Origin: a virus
DNA: 64,000 nt
Virus record (IMG/VR): IMGVR_UViG_3300044837_000085
Location: 32,001 to 96,000 of that record
Reading direction: 5' to 3' (one strand)
The position numbers were made by a program, and so were the translations under genes. Position 1 is the first letter of the stretch. Each line of letters opens with the position of its first letter. Below are positions 59,850 to 64,000 of this stretch, piece after piece. The notes beneath the pieces were generated by a model that worked only from the letters and a program-made list of their open reading frames with translations, was not told the DNA's origin and did no database searches.

Positions 59850-61343
59850 TCAAGCCGCCATCAGCAGCAAGTCGTTATCGATGTCGACCGGATTAGGACC
59901 AAGTGTTGCTGTAGACGAACAAGAGTCGCCACGCTCTTTCGCGGAAACATCTGCATTGATAGCTTGCGGCGCCGGCAACTCAAAACGTCGATACGGAGCG
60001 GGCCGCGATATACTACCGCCAAGGAACGTTTGCCGTATCGACAGTGTAGAGGTCGACTGAACGCTGTCGCCGGTCTCAGTCGCATCCAGACTTCCGACGA
60101 TCGCGCTTTCGGATCCGGCAGAAGAGGAAAGTGTGTCAACACCTTCTGTAGTCGCCAGGCTGGCCGCAATATGCAGGACACTCGCTGATGTCAGACTGTC
60201 GGACGATTCCGACTTCGTAAGCGAAGCCTGTATCCTCAGCAAACCGCCAGAAGTAAGATCATCAGCCTGCTCAATCGCAGGAACAGATCCATGTATCTTC
60301 AGCAGCGACGCCGACGTCAGAGTATCAACAGCCTCAGTCGAATCCAGCGAAGCACTTGTTTGACGTTGCGTAGTCGATGAAAGCGTATCCGCACCTTCCG
60401 TAGCAGATAGCGTCGCTTGAAGCTTGAGGCTCGCGGCTGAACTTAGAGTATCGGCCTGTTCAGTGCCGGCTTCTGCGGCCTGCAATTTAACTTTAGCAGC
60501 AGAAGTTAGGGTATCGGCAATCTCGGTATTCGATAGCGAGGCGTGGAGTGCCAAAGCGCCGGAAGCGATCAGAGTATCGGCCGTCTCACTTGCAGAAAGT
60601 GATGCCTGAAGTTTTAGGGCGGCGACAGACGTTAGAGTATCGGCGACTTCCGTCGAAGCTTCGCTGGCCTGCAATTTCAGGGCAGCCAGCGAGACTAGGG
60701 TATCTGAGACCTCAGTGTTTGCGAAAGTAGCCTGAAGTTTAAGCGCGCCGACCGACGACAGCGTATCCGCAGATTCAGTTGTCGATTCCGCTGCTTGTAG
60801 CTTGACCTTAGCAGATGACGAAAGCGTATCAGCCGCCTCAATGCCCGCCTCCGTTGCTTGAAGTTTAACCTTTCCGACAGAAACGAGAGTGTCCGCGACT
60901 TCGGTTGAAGTAAGCGTAGACTGTATTTTTAGGGTAGTCGTCGTCGCTAGAGTATCAGTACCTTCTGTCGCTGACAGGCTCGCCTTGATCTTGAGAGAAG
61001 AAGTTGCTGAAAGCGTATCCGCGACTTCAGTGGCCGAAAGCGCGGCCTTGAGTTTGATAGCCGCAGACGAAGATAAGGTATCAGAAGATTCCGTCCCCGC
61101 CTCGGTTGCCTGAACCTTAACCTTGGCCGCGGAAGTGAGCGTATCCGCCACTTCAGTTGAAGTAATGGACCCCTGAAGCTTAATTGAAGCAACTGATACA
61201 AGGGTGTCGGCAGATTCTGTTGTTGATTCCGTTGCCTGCAGCTTTACGGACGCGATTGAAACAATGGTATCTGCTGTCTCAGTCGCCGCCAGATTTGCAG
61301 CAACTACTTGCTGCTCAACAAGCGAGCGAAGATCGAGAAGCAC
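59850..61343 (-). CDS. Ser/Thr/Ala-rich 20-aa tandem repeat protein (fibre-like)
   Basis: About 20 copies of TE.ADTL.S...K.QA. Confidence 0.85.
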   Translation of the reverse strand: MLLDLRSLVEQQVVAANLAATETADTIVSIASVKLQATESTTESADTLVSVASIKLQGSITSTEVADTLTSAAKVKVQATEAGTESSDTLSSSAAIKLKAALSATEVADTLSATSSLKIKASLSATEGTDTLATTTTLKIQSTLTSTEVADTLVSVGKVKLQATEAGIEAADTLSSSAKVKLQAAESTTESADTLSSVGALKLQATFANTEVSDTLVSLAALKLQASEASTEVADTLTSVAALKLQASLSASETADTLIASGALALHASLSNTEIADTLTSAAKVKLQAAEAGTEQADTLSSAASLKLQATLSATEGADTLSSTTQRQTSASLDSTEAVDTLTSASLLKIHGSVPAIEQADDLTSGGLLRIQASLTKSESSDSLTSASVLHIAASLATTEGVDTLSSSAGSESAIVGSLDATETGDSVQSTSTLSIRQTFLGGSISRPAPYRRFELPAPQAINADVSAKERGDSCSSTATLGPNPVDIDNDLLLMAA

Positions 61344-61349
61344 TGTAGT

Positions 61350-62018
61350 TTACGTCTTATAAATCAACTGAACTTCATGCCATCGAACGAAGGGGAAGCA
61401 CTGCGATGCTGCTGCAGCCGCAGATTTGATCACGGCGATGTTAAACCCTCCCGTTGGAGGGATAAGGTAAAGCCCACGCACCTTGGTCTCGGTAACACGC
61501 CATAGTGTGCCAGCGAATACGGTCGGTGGGGTTATAGCCTCGGCTCCGTGATAGTTCCAACCGTCGTTAACCACTGTGGGGGCTGACGTGATGCGCGCCT
61601 TGCCATCATAGCCGGAACGACCACTGAGGCTGCGTATAGCGACGCCCGCGTCTGTCTGCACCGTGGTAGGAGCCTTATTGCACATCGCCAGCAGGATCGA
61701 TGTGTCGTTTTGCGTGGCGTCAGTAACGCCTTCCGCATATCCGAACGAATCAATCGCGTAGCATTTTCCGCCACCCGGCTCTGCGTTATACAAACTCATC
61801 ATCGCGGTCGTCGTAGGAAGTGCAGTCGCAGCCGCCACGCCTGTTGTAAGATTGACCTGCCACGAACCACCAAGTCGAACTATTTCAGTGAGTTCTGGCA
61901 GACCTTGGGCCACCAACTGTTCGCCGCGATTATTCAACTGGAATTGTTCATCTTCGCGATTTTCCGGATAATTTCCGGAGAAAAGTCCACGGACACGTCC
62001 GGTAATTTTCATCAACAT
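61350..62018 (-). CDS. Hypothetical virion protein
   Basis: 222-aa ORF in the late operon. Confidence 0.55.
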   Translation of the reverse strand: MLMKITGRVRGLFSGNYPENREDEQFQLNNRGEQLVAQGLPELTEIVRLGGSWQVNLTTGVAAATALPTTTAMMSLYNAEPGGGKCYAIDSFGYAEGVTDATQNDTSILLAMCNKAPTTVQTDAGVAIRSLSGRSGYDGKARITSAPTVVNDGWNYHGAEAITPPTVFAGTLWRVTETKVRGLYLIPPTGGFNIAVIKSAAAAASQCFPFVRWHEVQLIYKT

Positions 62019-62030
62019 GAAGAAGTCCCC

Positions 62031-62345
62031 TTAATTCTCAGCGAGCGCCGTCAACAACATCTTGATCTCCTGAAGTGACTGGTCGATCGATTCGAGAATA
62101 GACAGCGACGAGCCATCTACCATCAGAACCCCTCTGTCGACTTCTCCACGAACGCCAGCGCCGCCACTCGCTGAAAGAGGATCGCCAATGACAACTCGCT
62201 GACGATAATAGATCGCGTCAGCAGCAAGCGTCGTCTTGGTGCCGTCAGATCCGACAACCACGGTCCCGGCAGGAACGGTGATTGCCGATTGATCGATACT
62301 CTTTCCAGAGCCATCGACCGCGACCTGGACGAAACCATCAGCCAT
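62031..62345 (-). CDS. Hypothetical virion protein
   Basis: RQRVVIGD motif; coupled to upstream gene. Confidence 0.55.
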   Translation of the reverse strand: MADGFVQVAVDGSGKSIDQSAITVPAGTVVVGSDGTKTTLAADAIYYRQRVVIGDPLSASGGAGVRGEVDRGVLMVDGSSLSILESIDQSLQEIKMLLTALAEN

Positions 62346-62746
62346 CAGGCGTTGTTATCCGTAATGGTGAACGTATTGACGATGAAGTCTTGACCAGCCG
62401 TGAAACTGACGGAGTCAACGATCATGTCAGTGCCGCTCGTGCCGACTGTGCCCTGGATATGCTGGGTCGATCCATCGCTGGCATAAATCCGGAAATGCGC
62501 TGCCGTGCCAGAGGCGTCAGCCGCAGTATCTTCCCACGTTCCGGATTTGGCCTTCGCGCCGCTCGATGCGGCAGCCATCCAGTCCGAAGGTAACGACACC
62601 GTTGCAAGCACAGTACCACTGTCCGCAGCCGCAACGTTTACGGGCGCGGCACCCGTCCTAATCTTTAGAACCGCAGACGTGCCGATCGCGGTTTCGATGG
62701 CGTCGAGTTTCGCGTTTCTCACGACAGCGCTATACTGGAGGGTCAT
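62345..62746 (-). CDS. Conserved virion structural protein
   Basis: RNAKLDA...IRTGAAP...GTAAHFRI...IQG.VG. Confidence 0.7.
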   Translation of the reverse strand: MTLQYSAVVRNAKLDAIETAIGTSAVLKIRTGAAPVNVAAADSGTVLATVSLPSDWMAAASSGAKAKSGTWEDTAADASGTAAHFRIYASDGSTQHIQGTVGTSGTDMIVDSVSFTAGQDFIVNTFTITDNNA

Positions 62747-64000
62747 TCCTCGTCAACCTCTCGCTTCTCAAATGTCTTGATGCGACCGGACTTGTCCCAA
62801 CCGGTTACGGTCGTTACTTCCTTGCCGCGCTTCGGCATCTCGACTTTCGCAGGCTCAACGTTAACGATCGGCGCCGCCATGTTGACGACCGGAGCCTGCT
62901 GCTCTGGCACACTCACATTCACAACAGTCTCGGGAAATTTCATCTCCGGAAGCCGCACGTCCGAATAGACGTTGATCGGCTGCATTTCCTTCTGAACTTG
63001 AGTCTGCGGCGTCTCTGCCATCATCTTGACGATGAGAGCGACGTTAGACGCGACGTCATCAGGGACGAAGTCATCGCTCTTGCGGAAGTCCTTCGATATC
63101 CGCTCAAGCTCTTGCTCGACGAACTTCGCCACTGTGGTCTTATCTAGTTCAGGAGCCTGAATGGACTCCAGCTTTTCCTCGATCATCCGCTCAAGCGGTT
63201 CGATTTCAGCGTCCTTGCCGACGATCGGACCAAGCTTCTTCGTCTTGCCGTTCGAAAGTGTCGCTACCAGCATCCCGGCGTGATCGATCAGAAGGTCGAC
63301 TACGTCGGCGCCGTCAACACCGTCCTTTGGTTTCGCAATCTCAGCGAACTTCTGCTCGATCATCTCCTGGATGGCGGGCATCACTTCATCGACCGTGACA
63401 CCCTTCCCGTCAGCCGGTACCGGGATCAACTTGGCTACGTCTTCGACAATCAGCGCTGCGATTTCTACGGGATCAGCGTCTTTGCCGTCCTTTGCAGGCT
63501 CAATCGCGGAAACCACTTCCTCGATCAGCGGACGCACGTCATCGATAGTAACGCTCTTGCCATCAGCACCCGGAGCACCAGGCTCACCGTCCTTCGGAGG
63601 CGCAATACCAGCGACCGCAGTCTCCACTTCCGCGACAATGATGGGAATAAGATCTTGGATATCGACGCTCGTTCCAGCCTCGCCCTGCGGCCCTTGCTGA
63701 CCTTCAGGAATTACCAACTTCGCGAACTCAAGTGCGACAGCACCATCGACAAGCGTCGCAATCTCATCCATCGTTACAGACTTGCCGTCGACGCCATCCT
63801 TGCCGTCCTTAGGCACGGGCATCAGATCAACAAGTAGATTCGCAACCACGGCCGGATCGACCGGATCCGCATCCTTGCCGTTCTCTGGCTTCGGAATTGC
63901 AGCAACCATTTCTTCGAGCAGCGGTCGAACATCATCGACCGTAACGCTCTTTCCGTCTGCCGGATTCTCGATCGCATCAACCGCCTTCGAGACCTCCGCC
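62743..64000 (-). CDS. Head-associated protein with GKDG/collagen-like repeats (probably 5'-truncated by the window)
   Basis: Repeated P.DGKD/GKSVT.D units; the repeat pattern continues to the window edge. Confidence 0.75.
   Translation of the reverse strand, partial: AEVSKAVDAIENPADGKSVTVDDVRPLLEEMVAAIPKPENGKDADPVDPAVVANLLVDLMPVPKDGKDGVDGKSVTMDEIATLVDGAVALEFAKLVIPEGQQGPQGEAGTSVDIQDLIPIIVAEVETAVAGIAPPKDGEPGAPGADGKSVTIDDVRPLIEEVVSAIEPAKDGKDADPVEIAALIVEDVAKLIPVPADGKGVTVDEVMPAIQEMIEQKFAEIAKPKDGVDGADVVDLLIDHAGMLVATLSNGKTKKLGPIVGKDAEIEPLERMIEEKLESIQAPELDKTTVAKFVEQELERISKDFRKSDDFVPDDVASNVALIVKMMAETPQTQVQKEMQPINVYSDVRLPEMKFPETVVNVSVPEQQAPVVNMAAPIVNVEPAKVEMPKRGKEVTTVTGWDKSGRIKTFEKREVDEE

Larger units (their letters stand above)
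1..64000. mobile_element. Temperate tailed phage genome segment (alphaproteobacterial, siphovirus-like)
   Basis: Repressor/cro switch, integrase, lysis, tape measure, tail and neck genes throughout; no host housekeeping operons at either edge. Confidence 0.95.

Overview
The whole window looks like part of a temperate, siphovirus-type phage of Alphaproteobacteria, most likely Hyphomicrobiales/Rhizobiales (inferred from GcrA, DUF3309, the DUF2460/DUF2163 tail genes and a rhizobial-type DnaA). Layout: (i) a leftward operon (1-10.8 kb) running cro, CII-like, DnaA, HNH, GcrA, a CtrA/OmpR-type winged helix, DnaN clamp and an intein-split DNA methyltransferase; (ii) an immunity region with five 17-bp GTRACC-N5-GGTYAC operators; (iii) a rightward operon of many small genes (11.4-27 kb) that contains an IS1595-family element, a 392-bp non-autonomous relative of it, tRNA-Arg(TCT), a tyrosine integrase and an apparently intact attP; (iv) a leftward late operon (27-64 kb) with lysis, tail, neck and head-accessory genes, interrupted by a cluster of about 12 glycosyl-, methyl- and acetyltransferase genes and several homing endonucleases. 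Capsid, portal and terminase genes are not in the window. The best candidates for undescribed biology are a phage copy of the host cell-cycle regulators, a putative virion-glycosylation cluster, a tRNA-like RNA and a hairpin array. Product calls rest on motifs recognised by eye; no database search was run.
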